Source: Yuukianura sp. NJ FZ-2021 (Eukaryota). Taken from it: DNA of 64,000 nt. The notes beneath the pieces were generated by a model that saw only the letters and a program-made list of their open reading frames with translations, made no database searches and was not told the origin of the DNA. The stretch is taken from positions 8,308,001 through 8,372,000 of the forward strand of contig CM102284.1 in the NCBI GenBank assembly GCA_046563655.1, read 5' to 3'. Made by a program: the position numbers and the translations under genes. This document shows, piece after piece, positions 13,344 through 27,151 of this stretch; positions within the stretch are counted from its first letter, which is position 1, and the number at the start of each line of letters is the position of its first letter.

Positions 13344-16300
13344 TCAGTTTGAATTGCGAAATTCAAAGTTGTCCAGTGAAACATCGTCGTCCATCAGAAG
13401 TGGATCCAAGTACTTCGTGTAGTAACGCATCTTCATCTCCAAAGTCGGAATTGGTTCCAAGTAATCCAAAACTTCAATTCGTTCTCCACCGATCACAAAA
13501 TTCCCAAATTTCAAACCGGACGGCCCTGAATCACACTCTTCAATAATTTCCAGCGGCATAATCGTCGGTTCCTCTACTTCGGCATCCAAAGTGTCCATTT
13601 CAACGTTTACTAAAATTTCGTTGATGACCTCCGCAGCATCTTTCAGGGTCTGACCACTTTCTGACGAATCTTCAGCTTCGGTTTTATTCGGTAAAACTTC
13701 TGTCTTCAGCACAACTTCTGGACTCTTGCTGACCGAATCTGCAATAGGACTGCTGGAACTACTGGATTTGGCTTCAACTTTTCTTCCAGAACTGGACTCT
13801 TTCCTACTTTTACTTGAACTGTGGTGACGGTCGCCATGACGATCGTGTTTCCTGTCAGTCGAATGTCGCCTAGAATCTTTCTTCTTGTCGTCTTTTCTCG
13901 GTTCCTTGGATTCCGAACTCCCTTCGCCCTCACTCTTCCTCTTTGAAGAAGAAGAATGCGAATGATGTGAAGATCTCGAAGATTTGTGACTCTTGTGACG
14001 ATGATGACTACTAGACTCTTCTCGTTTTGAATCTTTGGAATTTTCTGATTTAGAAGAATGTTTCCGATCAGACCGACTTGACTCTGACTTCCTGTGGTGA
14101 CTGGAACTTGAATCTTTGCTTCTGTGGTGATCTTTGCTTCTGTCTTTACTTGAAGAGTGGTGACGACGATGACTTGAACTGGACGACTTGGAGCTCCTTT
14201 CATCTCTGCTCGATTTTTCTTTGGATGTTGCTGACAATGGCTTCTTTTGTGGACTTACAGTGTGGATCAAGTTTTCAAAACTCTCTTCCTCCACTTTGTC
14301 AATCCTCGGTGGAGAAGTTTCACCGAATTTTTCAAAGGCGGGAGACTCCCATTCGTCGTCTTCTTCAAACACTTCGTCTGCTTCAACTTTTTGAGGGAAT
14401 GATGATTGATCTACTTCAGGTTTAGCCGCAACCTCTTCGTCCACGATTTGCAACGGCATTGGAGATAAAGTTGTCGCTTGTTCAACAATTTCCATTGGAC
14501 TGGAACCTGGCACCGTTGGCAACTCTTCGTCAATTTCCAGCGGACTAGGACTGGGCGGTAACTCTTGAAAATGTGCTGGCAGCGTCGAAGTACTTGCTAT
14601 AACTGGCGACGATGGCGGAGACGTTTTTGTTTCTGGTACCGAAGTTACTTCTGGCGAAATACCGGATTGCGTATCGTTTAATACCGGTGATTGCTCAGCC
14701 TGAGGAACTGGAGACGAAAACTGTGGCGGTTCATTGAGAAGAGCAAATGCTGATGCTGGAGGAGACAATTCCGCAATTTTCATTTCCGGCGGTTCTGAAA
14801 CATTTTGGCCTGGGTATGCTTCAATCTGCGCAACTTCCATTGATACTTCCAATTTTGTACTTCCGTGAAACTCCTCCTTCACCGTTGAAGAAACTTCGAC
14901 AATCGGTACCGTTGACGTTGAAGAAACTTCAACATTCGGTTTTTCTTCTACCGGTTTATACTCAGTTTCCTCGGGAAGATCAATTTCACCTTCTTCAATT
15001 TCCTCAGCTGGGAGTGGAACTACAGCGAACGGAGACGGCATTTCTTTGAGCGAGTCATCCGAAATGTCATCCAGATCTCCAGAAGTGACTGGAGACAAGT
15101 CATCTTGACACACAACGTTTCCAGTACTATCAGCAGCAACTGGAATTTCAGGAACAATGTCGGGTGAGGGCGGAAGAGGAATTGCACGGGAATGGACCAA
15201 AGGAGATGGCAAGGATTCATAAGATCCATCAGAGTATGGAGAGTAATTCCCATCTTCATCATCATCTTCTTCAGAATCATCTTCAGTTTCAACAGTACTC
15301 TCCGGAATTGGAATCGCTCCAACCTCTACTGTACTCGATTGTGCTACTTCATTTTCGTTTTGAATTGAAACGGTTTCCGGAAGTGGAATTTCAGTCTCGA
15401 GCTCTCCATCTTCAAGATCTTCCGGAAGTGGAATTTCTTCAAAGTCCATCGGAACTGGATTGGCTCTTCCATCAGATTCAGAAATCGGAAGAGGAATTTC
15501 TTCATCTTCTTCGATTGTAACAGGAATTGGAATTTCTTCAACGTTTTCTGTTTCTAAAAAAAACGTTGGGTTTCAAAAATCATGTTTTTGAAAATTCATT
15601 GTTTTTGAATCTTTTTTTGAAAATTGTTTTTCAAAATCAATCGTACCTGGAGGAGGTGGAAGCGGAATTGACTCAGGCAGGGGAGGTTCTGGATCATTTT
15701 CAGGCGGAAGTGGAATCTGCAAAGCACTTTCCGAAACTATCGCTTGTCTTGAATTCAAAAACATCGGAAGTGGAACATCTTCTTCTCCTGGCGGCGGAGG
15801 TTGTGGCGATTCTTCCGATTCTGACGGTTCTCTCACCAGTATTGGCTGATTTTCTGATTCAACTTCTCTTTTAACAGATTTCGGCGAAATTGACACTGTT
15901 TTGTTTTCAGTCAAACTCGGAGGAGACGAAACAGTCGAGTTTTGATCAACTTCTTCAGCAGTATTCCGAACAGACGACTGAGAATCGTCTGGTTCAATAT
16001 CCGGTGCAAGAGTAGTTGGGCTGTTGACGCCCTTCGGACTGGCATGTCCAACTGAAATCTCTTCTGAATCTGAGTTGTCTTCGTTTTCAGTTGAAGAGTC
16101 GGAATCTGAAGGTGGAGGTGGATTTTCATTTTCATCTTCATCGTCCGTTGGAGGTAGAGGTGGATTTTCAACTGGATTTCTCTTCATGATGGTATTCGAT
16201 AACAGAGGAATGTGTCTGCCAAATCCTAATGGTCTTGGAAGAGGAGGCGGAGGAGGATGATTAGGAACCAAATGAGAGATTCGGTTGAAACCGGGCATTA

Positions 16301-17849
16301 TACCGGGAATATGTGATGGGTAGTAGGAACTGATTGGTGGAGGAGGTGGTAAGTTTCTTGGAGAAAACTGTTGAACTTTGATTTCAGAATCAGATTCTTC
16401 TTCGGTTGAGTCAACATCCATGTAAGAACTGCCGGAAGACCCTGATCCAGAACCTTCTTCTTCAGCTTCTGCTTCTGACTCTTCCTTGTCTTCATCTTCT
16501 TCTTCAACATTCTCATTCTCTACTGTTTCAGCATTTTGTTCCTCCGCTGGACTCTCATTCTCATTTTCGGCTTCATCTTGATCTTCTGTCTTCTCTGGTT
16601 TCTCGATCCCAAGATACTCGTACACACATTCCTCAATCACAGGCATAAAGTTAGACTCGGCTTCAACGAAGCATCGGTCCAACATTTCATCCAATTCCCG
16701 CACAAAGTAGGAAGATCTGCAACAAATTCAACATTTCAACTTTATACTGCCAGCATTTGCTAAGATTTCAACTTTGTCTTTGCTTTTACTCAAGTATTCT
16801 CCGACGAACCAGTTGACGTTCCGTGTTTTTGTTGATTTCTGGAAGCCACGTTCGCGCTTTCAGAAATGAAGTTACAGTTCTGCCAACACGTTCACTCAAT
16901 GTGATGTAGTCAGGCTAAAATTCCAAAAAAAAATATTTTTTTCAAAAACTCGTCTTCAAAAAACGATGGTTTCGAAATTCCGAACGACACACCTACCTTG
17001 TCATCACATTCCTCCAGAAATGTTTTGCGAAACTTGTCAATGACGCCTTTGGATTTCAAATTGTCCAGAATTTTCCTTATGACGTCTTCATCAATTCCAG
17101 GAGGCCCCTTCTCCTTATGTTCTTTCGGTTTATGGTCATGTACGGGTTGATTCGGTTCACGAAACATCTCAGTTCTCATGGGAGGTGGTTGAGGATAAAA
17201 CTGCGGAACGTGATTCTGTTCAGCAGTCAACGGATAGTAGAAAGGTTGCTGCGGATAGTTGCTCCTTCCGTCTGGAATCGGAGGCAGATTTTGATAAGAA
17301 GGAGCTGTTGATGTTGGTCCACTTAAATCTGGATAGTTATTCCTCTCCAGAACTGCTTGTCCAGTATGAGATTGAGCTGCGGGTGTACTGTTTGGAATTC
17401 CATGAGCATGATCCACTACTTTATGAGATTGAGAGTCTACTGAATCCTCTGCTCCGCCGTCTTTAGAATATCGATTGCCTCTGAAGTGACCACGGCTATG
17501 TCTGTAACTTCGACGTGGAGAAGGACTTCGACTTCCAGATGAACTTCGACTACGACGTCGCCTTCTCGGTGGTGAATACCTTGAGTACCTTCGGTCATCC
17601 CGTCTTCTGTGAAAGTGGTCTCTGAATCTCCTCTCTCCATCGTCATCTTTGTGTCGATAACTACGGCTTTGATGATCTGGCGAATAGGCTGATCTGTAAG
17701 ATAACGAAATCCTTAATCATAATCTACGTGCTCTCAAAGGCTAAATGAAGTTTAAATTGAGTAAATCAAGCCGGTTACCTTCGACGAACCGGTGGCGGTT
17801 CGTTGCTTCGATTCCTCTCCCGATAGCGCTCACCACTTCCCCTATGCAT
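13344..17849 (-). CDS. BOD1-like (COMPASS Shg1/BOD1 domain) large nuclear protein with RS-rich N-terminus and acidic, Pro-rich and S/K/H-rich tail; 5 coding exons
   Basis: Spliced domain ILDNLKSKGVIDKFRKTFLEECDDK|PDYITLSERVGRTVTSFLKARTWLPEINKNTERQLVRRRILE|SSYFVRELDEML...FMPVIEECVYEYLG matches the BOD1 pattern LKSxGxFDxFRR..KPAYQNL..W.P..NKN..R. ATG at 17849, phases consistent, stop at 13344. Confidence 0.8.
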
Positions 17850-17965
17850 TTGAACGGATCGGATGCTCAATCCTCAATCTGAAAAAATACAACGTGAAAA
17901 TTAGATCTCCGTAATCATAATCCCAAATGTCAACACAGTTTAAATAGATAGCTTAATTCTACTTA

Positions 17966-18337
17966 CCCTTCGCTGTTCACGGGTTGTGTTAATCGATTAA
18001 TCAACACTTTAATGCCTCTCCTCTAGTAAAGATTAATTAAACTCACGTAACGTTATACCTCCGTAGCCTCCGTTTGTCAACAAACAGAATTTACGGAGCT
18101 TATTCTTACAACCTGCGGCACCCATGCAAAGATGGGCAAAAAAAAACTCTCGAATAAAATGTTTAATTAATGTTGGACTTGGAACTCAACCGGCGCCAAA
18201 CTCATGCAAAACATTTTAATATTTTTTGTTTTTCTTTTTCCTGCTTTGTTTACATAAATCTCAATTAGTCAATTATTGATTAGTAATTAACGCTGAGCGT
18301 CTGGAACTGGATAATCTGATCATCGATTTCGCATCTC
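17966..18337. promoter_or_regulatory. Probable bidirectional promoter between the BOD1-like gene (-) and PIGA (+)
   Basis: Head-to-head arrangement: the BOD1L non-coding exon donor is near 17965 and the PIGA ATG is at 18338. An E2F-like CCGGCGCCAAA lies at about 18190. Confidence 0.5.
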
Positions 18338-20347
18338 ATGAGGATGAGCCCTCTTCCAAGTATCTCCGCGGTCAAGGATGCGGAGTACAATATTTGGTAA
18401 CAAAATTCAATTGCCTTAGTTTGTAAGGAGCCGGAAGTAATTTGTTGTCAATGGGTTCTTGTGTTTCCAGTCTTGTTTCTGACTTCTTTTATCCGAACAT
18501 GGGAGGAATTGAGGAACACATCTTCAGTTTAGCACAGTGTCTTATGGAACGGGGTCACAAGGTCGTTGTCGTAACACATCATTATGCAGATCGCAAAGGT
18601 GTTCGATGGATGTCAAATGGACTCAAGGTAAAGCTAACAATTATCCAGTATTTTGGACATGAAAGAGTGGAAAGTTAAATTTTTGTTGATTTTTGAAGGT
18701 TTACTACGTTCCGGCTCAAGTTTTCTACAATGGAGCTATTCTTCCGACACTCATTTCACTCATACCTTTGCTCAGAGAAATTCTAATTCGCGAGGAAATT
18801 GATATCGTGCATGGACATGGAGCCTTTTCGTCTCTCGCCCACGACGCTCTATTTGTTGCTAAGCTGCTCGACATCAAAGTAATTAAGAAACAATTACAAA
18901 TTCTTCATATTCTTTGTCTTTTTCTGAATTTCTAATCCAATTTTCCAGACCATCTTCACAGATCACTCACTTTTTGGATTTGCAGATGCCAGTGCAATCA
19001 TAACAAATCGCTTCCTCGAAATTTCACTCTCAGATGTGGACTATTCAATTTGCGTTTCTCACATTGGGTAAACAAAATTACAACTTTTTACAATTTTTTA
19101 AAATTTACAACTACTAACTCTATGTTCAATGTTGACAGAAAAGCAAACACCGTGCTCAGAGGTCATGTGAAGAGTAGTCATGTCTATGTCATCCCAAATG
19201 CAGTTGACACTACTGTCTTCCGTCCACTGCGTCCAGATGAACCGCAACCACCGACTGACAGAAGTATGAATTCCAATTCTAATTCCAAACCTGTCAGTTA
19301 GATAATTTCACAGTTTTTTTTTTAAAAATGTTTTAGTCATCGTCATGATCCTGAGTCGGTTGGTGTATCGAAAGGGCGTTGACCTCATGGCCGGAATTAT
19401 ACCAATCATTTGCAAAAAATATCCAAACGTAAGATCATTCTTTGAAAATCTGAAACGTTCGAAAACTGATTTTACTTTGCAGGTTGATTTTTATGTGGGT
19501 GGAGATGGACCAAAGAGATTAGTTCTGGAAGAACTTCGAGAAGAGTTGGGCGATCGAGTGAGACTGTTTGGTCCACTGGACCATGCCAACGTTCGTCAGT
19601 TCCTGACCCAAGGTCACATTTTCCTCAACACATCGTTGACAGAAGCCTACTGCATGGCAATTGTGGAAGCAGCAGCATCCGGGCTTCAGGTCGTGACAAC
19701 TCGCGTAGGCGGAATTCCGGAAGTCCTCCCTCCAGATTTCGTCATTTTGGCCGACGCCACTGTTGATGGTAAGAGTTTTGCTAAAAACTGAGTACAATTC
19801 TTGAGATTTCTTAATGTTTGAAATTGTCTAATTTTTGAAATATTGAAACAGATTTGGTAGTTGGATTGGAAAGTGCCATTGAGAAACGGAAAAGTAAGGA
19901 TTTCGTGGACCCTGACATCGTGCACCACCGCATCTCCTGCATGTACAACTGGAGAAACGTGACTGCCCGAACTGAAATTGTGTACGCAGAAGCAACTGCC
20001 TGTCCTCACTATTCGACTGGACAGAGAATGCGCAAGTACTGGTCAATTGACACTGTCGTCGGTCCACTTTTCGTCCTCGTTTTTGTTCTCGGAAAAGTCA
20101 TCATATGGGTACTGGAGCACTTCAACCCTGCAGAAGTATGACTTTCAAAAAAACATCAAAAATCTACCTTGAAAATTACTAAAAAGTAAATCTAACTAAA
20201 CTTTCATTATGGTGTCAGAGTATAGACCGTGCCGTTTCATATCCAAACCCGAATTCAAAAACTTCTCACAAAAACAGATCAAGATTTGAGGATTTTTCCA
20301 AGGCCAAGCGACATTGTCCGTCAAATGTCGCCGTCGTGAATGATTGA
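18338..20347 (+). CDS. PIGA: Phosphatidylinositol N-acetylglucosaminyltransferase subunit A (GPI anchor biosynthesis)
   Basis: [81 protein letters not shown] and a C-terminal TM. A probable last intron at 20136-20218 gives ...[13 protein letters not shown], matching the P-x-x-x-ID-x-A tail. Stop TGA at 20345-20347. Confidence 0.95.
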
Positions 20348-20748
20348 CAACGGCGACACTTCAACTTTGTTCAGCACAGAAGACAGAACTCCAGTCACAA
20401 AAATTGTTCCACTAGCTGAGGTTGAGGTATGAGATTTTGAATTTATATTTCCCTGACCTTAAAAGTACGTATTACAATAAAGTACAAATTAATTTAGATT
20501 AATTTTTAATTACTTTAGATTAATCTGTAATTTAGATTTGTGTAAGTGTAATGCCAAGCCCTGAGAGTAAATTACAAAGTAGAACAATTTGGTCTTCTAG
20601 AACTTCTCAGCATAATTCCAGCATGCTCATTTTAAGCAAATTCTAAAAAATTAAGCCACGCCCACTTCCTTACAAAACTGGAAACTAAGTCACACTTAAT
20701 TAGTTTTAATTTAATTATTTCCCCTTCCAAAGAATGCAGACGATGTTT

Positions 20749-20819
20749 TTAGCAACTGCAGCCAGACTCATTCTCATGTGCATCCGGATGCTGCGACACT
20801 TGCACTTTCAAATCCACTG
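20749..20819 (-). CDS. Rab6: Alternative terminal coding exon of Rab6 ((T)VDLKVQVSQHPDAHENESGCSC*)
   Basis: Acceptor ctttgcag in the correct phase 1 for the exon-6 donor (GAC A|gtaag). 23 open codons ending in CxC-stop. Confidence 0.75.
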
Positions 20820-21410
20820 CTGCAAAGTTAAATTAACCAATTAATCAACACAACTAATTAACACTTCCAAACATAAGTTATTATTTGTGTTATCAACTAG
20901 TAATTGCACGGCCTTTCCATAAGTTAAATAACCAAAAAAATTACGAATTACTTAAAACACTTTCGAAATCATAAGCTTTTTCAGTTTCCGAAAAAAAAAA
21001 TTAGTTTTAACACTAATTTACAAACCCGCCCCAAACTAAATTTACTTTTAACTGTTCTTTCCAAGGCACTCCACATGCAAGGCACGCCGTTTCCAAATTT
21101 CCGAATTTTACGAAATTTTGAATTACCAATTTCGAAATTTTGAATTAGGGTCACTACACAAGGCACTAAGTTTTAAAAGGTCAAAGGTCATTAAGTAGAG
21201 GAGAGGAGTGGGTGATTGTAGCTCTTGGAGTTAGTGATGATGAGGATCTTCTAAAATTGTGTGCAGATCGTGATTGGAACTTATTAGCGTTAAAGTGTTA
21301 ATTTAGGTTTCCAATTTCCGGTTTTTAACAGTATTTTCCGTAAACGGGAAGTTTTTTGGTCTGTTTCTTGAGCTTTTGTTTTTTGAAGCTCTCTCATCAA
21401 AGTGAGCGTC

Positions 21411-22722
<1,312 letters not shown>

Positions 22723-23804
22723 TCACTTGGCTTTTTTGACAGTTCAGTCTTCGACTTTCTACAAAACATCAACACAACGTTTGTATCAGGAATGCTTTTA
22801 CTTGATTTGATGTTGATTTATGAATCAATTGGTTAATCAACTTACCTCTACCGGTGAGCAATTAATTGGATGATGTGACAGGTGGGGATGATCTTGTATG
22901 GGATGTGGTCGTATGATGAATGATCAAGGGAAGATGACGAGCAGGAAACAATATGGTGCAGATATTTGGCAATGGAAAGAAGCCGAAGATGCCGGAGAGC
23001 CTTGTAACCTGAATAGCTGTAAATGTGCTTACTCGGTGACCCAATTACTAATTAGTTAAGTTATCAGTTGTTGATGAGTCAACTGTAAAACTTATGCTGA
23101 GTTGATTAGAGTTCAAAACCCGATGGGGAAGTGGACCTGCTGATTAGTATAACAGGACGACGAATCCTAATGCAAATGAACTTGACAACAACGCACAAAG
23201 ACATAACAAAAGAAAGGTTATGGTAGGTTAGGTACATGTTAAAATCATTAACATAATTACAGATAGTTAATTAACGTAACCAATTAACAGTGAGTTGATT
23301 TAGTAGTTCAATTAAAAACATCTTTATCGTTTTGTAACAATTAAATCATAAATACTGCGTAATTTTAATTGTGATGAAAATGAATGCCCATATGCGATTC
23401 GGGTGACATGTTTTTTTGAGTGACATTTTGTGCAACCAGTAGGAAAATCTCCGACTTTTCGGATTTTTTTATCTTTGTTTTTTATCCATCTCCAAAATCG
23501 TTTTCTGGAAGTAATTGGATAACTAATTAACCAGGACGTTGGACTAGCATCGTTGGAAAGTGTTGATTGTTACCGTGAGCGATTTACGGTTCTCTTCCTC
23601 TTCGGTCAAAGGTCAGCACGGTATGAGTCTATTATTGTTTACTAAGGTACTTGTTTGTGAGAGAACAGCCTTGGCCTGGCCTTGCTGAATAATAACAATT
23701 CAGTGTGTCTTTTTCTCGGTTACCAGGTTCGTTGTCTTACTAATTCTGGAGAATGAACTCGTAGAATACCATCGAATACGCAGTCTGATCTTGGCAAAAA
23801 CTGT

Positions 23805-26800
23805 ATGATGGCTACGATTAATGACGAAAACGGGAAGCGATCCAACTTCTCCATCCAGAACAATGCTCTCAACGGGATCAACAAGGCTGGATCAACCCCC
23901 ATTTCTAAATTAGGAAGCTCCACGAAGAAACTCATCATCAAAAACTCCAAAGGTACAACTTTATTTACGTTGAAACATCTCTGAACCTTTGTATTTTGAT
24001 TTGTCCAATCTGTTTGTAGAAAGAGCCAGACTTGCGGAAGACTACCAAGCCAAGACATGGATCAAATTGAAAGAGGCTGTCATTGCTATACAAAATTCTA
24101 CGAGGATTTCCTACTGTTTAGAGGAACTGTACACCGCAGTTGAGCACATGTGCAGTTACAACATGGCACCTCAGCTATACGAAAACTTAAAGGGTAAGTT
24201 AATCAGAAAACTTCAAATTAATCTTCATCTTCTAGATGAATTTGGATGTAATTGAATTCTTTACTGTTTTACAGATGTGGTTGAGTACAATGTCCGGACA
24301 AACGTGGAGCCCTATGTTCGCTCAGTACAGGATCGCAAGATTTTTCTCAAGGAAATGGAAATGTGTTGGCAGAACCATTGTCGTCAAATGATCATGATTC
24401 GCAGTATTTTTCTGTACTTGGACCGTCGCTACGTTCTTCAAAATCCTACAATCCCTTCTATTTGGTAGGTTTTACATCCAAAAAACTCAAAATCCTTCAA
24501 TCTTTTTTATTTGATCGGTTTTACATCCAAAAACCTCACAATCCTACAATCCCTTCTATTTCCTAGGTTTCACATCCAAAAAACTCAAAATCCTAAAATC
24601 CCTTTTATTTGGTAGGTTTTACATCCAAAAAATGAAAGTTAAAAAGAAACTTCTTTAACACTTGAGTTTTGTGACATTTCAGGGACATGGGACTGGACAT
24701 GTTCCGGAAACATGTCATAGGTCAACAGTTGGCTCAAGCACGAACAGTCGATGGACTCTTGATGTTGATTGAAATGGAGCGGAATGGGGATGTTGTGGAT
24801 CGTTCTCTTCTCAAATCTTTACTTCGCATGCTGTCAGATCTTCAGATTTATCAAGACGTTTTTGAGCAACGGTAAGAACCAAGTTTTTTTTAGAATTTTG
24901 AATTAAAAGTTTTGTTTTTGATAATTTTTCGTTTTTTGAAGGTTTTTGGCAGCGACTGACGCTTTGTATGTAGCCGAGGGAAGAAGACTGATGCAAGAGC
25001 TGGAAGTGCCTGAGTATTTGGCTCACGTTGAGAAACGACTTCAAGAAGAAAACGAACGAGTGCTGCATTACTTGGACTCGGGAACTCGGTAACTTTTTAT
25101 CCAGAGATTTTGAATTTGAGTGAATCGCTTAAAATTTAAAGAAATCGTACCTGCTCACTTTCCTTTGAATTTTATTAAATTTGAACTTAAATCTTTCCTA
25201 GGTGGAATTTAATTCATACAGTTGAGCGTCAGCTGATTCTGGAGCACTTGGGAAGTCTTCTGTGCAAGGGATTGGAGAATCTACTGGACAATTCTCGTAC
25301 TGCAGAACTCAAGTTGATGCACTGTCTGTTCAGTCGTGTCAAGAACGGTCTCACAGATCTGTGTCTTCAATTTAATGCCTACATCAAAGTAACACCAACT
25401 ACTTTCTAGAAACTTTTTCTAAAAAACTTTCTAAAGATGTGCTTTCCATTTTTAGAAAAAGGGGCGCACAATTGTGATTGATCCAGAGAAAGACAAGTCC
25501 ATGGTCCAAGATCTGCTGGACTTCAAAGACCGAATGGACAACATCGTGAATACATGCTTCGGAAAATCTGAAAAGTTTGTCAACAGTGTCAAAGAAGCCT
25601 TCGAGAGTTTCATCAATCAAAGGCCAAACAAGCCCGCAGAGTTGATCGGTGAGCTTGTAAAATTTTTAAAATTGTTCAAATTTTGAAAGTTTATTTCAAT
25701 TTTGGATCGTTTTTTAGCTAAATTTGTGGATTCCAAACTCCGTTTGGGGAACAAGGAGTCTACGGAAGAGGAGTTGGAGCGTCTTCTGGATAAAATCATG
25801 GTGATATTTCGATTCATCCATGGAAAAGACGTGTTCGAGGCTTTCTACAAGAAGGATTTGGCAAAACGACTGTTGGTGGGGAAATCAGCGAGTGTTGATG
25901 CTGAGAAGAGTATGCTATCTAAGTTGAAACAAGAGTGCGGAGGAGCCTTCACTTCCAAACTGGAAGGAATGTTCAAAGACATGGAACTCTCCAAAGACAT
26001 CAACATTGCATTCAAACAGGTAACTATTTTTCATAAAATTTTTTTGAATTTTCGAAAGTTTTTTGACTTTTTTTTTTTGAAAATGTGATATTTTCAGTAC
26101 ACGACGTACTTGAAGTCGGATGTTGACACGAGCATTGACCTCACTGTAAATATTTTGACAATGGGCTACTGGCCAACGTATCCAATCGTGGATGTGAATC
26201 TTCCGAAGGAGATGGTACAATTTCAAGAGATTTTCAATAAGTTCTACTTGGGCAAGCACAGTGGACGCAAGCTCCAGTGGCAACCCACTCTCGGGCACTG
26301 TATGCTCCGGGCCACTTTTGAACATGTAAGAAATTCAAAATTTTGATTTTTCAAAAAAAAATCTCAAAAATTACATTTCAGAATCTTGAATCGAGATTTT
26401 TTGTGCCATTTTTGTCCAGGGCAAGAAGGAACTCCAAGTGTCTCTCTTTCAAGGACTAGTTTTGTTGTTGTTCAATGAAGCGGAAGAACTGACGCTCGAA
26501 GAGGTCAAGACAGCAACCAACATTGAGGTAAGTTTGCAATTGCAAAGTTGCAATTGAAAACAAAAATGATGAGTTTGGAATTTTTATTTGCAGGAATCTG
26601 AGTTGAAACGAACACTTCAATCTCTAGCGTGTGGTAAAGCTCGTGTGTTGTTCAAATTCCCCAAAGGAAAAGAAGTTGAGGACAATGACAAGTTCAGTTT
26701 CAACAAAGACTTTGCCAATAAATTGTTTCGGGTCAAGATTAATCAGATTCAGATGAAGGAAACGGTAAGTTAACGTTCAAAACTGCAATTAATGAATGCT

Positions 26801-27151
26801 AAAAAGTGTAATTGTTGTTTGTTTTTTAGAATGAGGAGCAGAAGGCAACTGAGGAGCGAGTCTTTCAAGATCGCCAGTACCAGATCGACGCAGCGATTGT
26901 GCGTATAATGAAGATGCGGAAGTCCCTGTCACATTCTCTCTTGGTCTCAGAGTTGTTCAACCAGCTCAAATTCCCGGTTACGGTCAGTTTTCAGTGTTTG
27001 AAGTTGTTAAACTTTGAGAAATTGCTAAAAGTTGACGTTTTGTTGTCGTTTGTAGCCAACTGACCTGAAGAAGAGGATCGAGAGTCTGATTGATCGTGAC
27101 TACATGGCCAGAGACAAGGAGAATTCTAAGAACTACAACTACGTTGCGTAA
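23805..27151 (+). CDS. Cul4: Cullin-4
   Basis: [105 protein letters not shown] (neddylation site) and [12 protein letters not shown]...YNYVA*. Confidence 0.97.
24437..24632 (+). repeat. 49-bp tandem repeat x4 spanning a Cul4 exon end and donor site
   Basis: Units start at 24439, 24488, 24537 and 24586 (CAAAATCCTACAATCCCTTCTATTTGGTAGGTTTTACATCCAAAAAACT). Confidence 0.95.

Noticed and set aside
13349-16763. Many overlapping and antisense ORFs over the BOD1-like gene (likewise over Idh, SLC34 and filamin)
   Set aside because: These are shadow frames of long biased coding exons, with no independent splice structure or homology.
17989-18000. TTAATCGATTAA / AATCGATT palindromes as DRE-like promoter elements (also ~16, 27590, 31359, 34003)
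   Set aside because: They are not the canonical TATCGATA and also occur in coding and 3' regions, so they cannot be separated from compositional bias by eye.
20136-20141. PIGA ending at the ORF-track stop (...NPAEV*)
   Set aside because: GAA|gtatga is a good donor and the next exon restores the ID-x-A tail. The unspliced form remains possible only as intron retention.
24437-24632. CRISPR-like regular repeat
   Set aside because: The units are contiguous with no unique spacers, lie in a eukaryotic intron and derive from Cul4 sequence. No cas genes are present.
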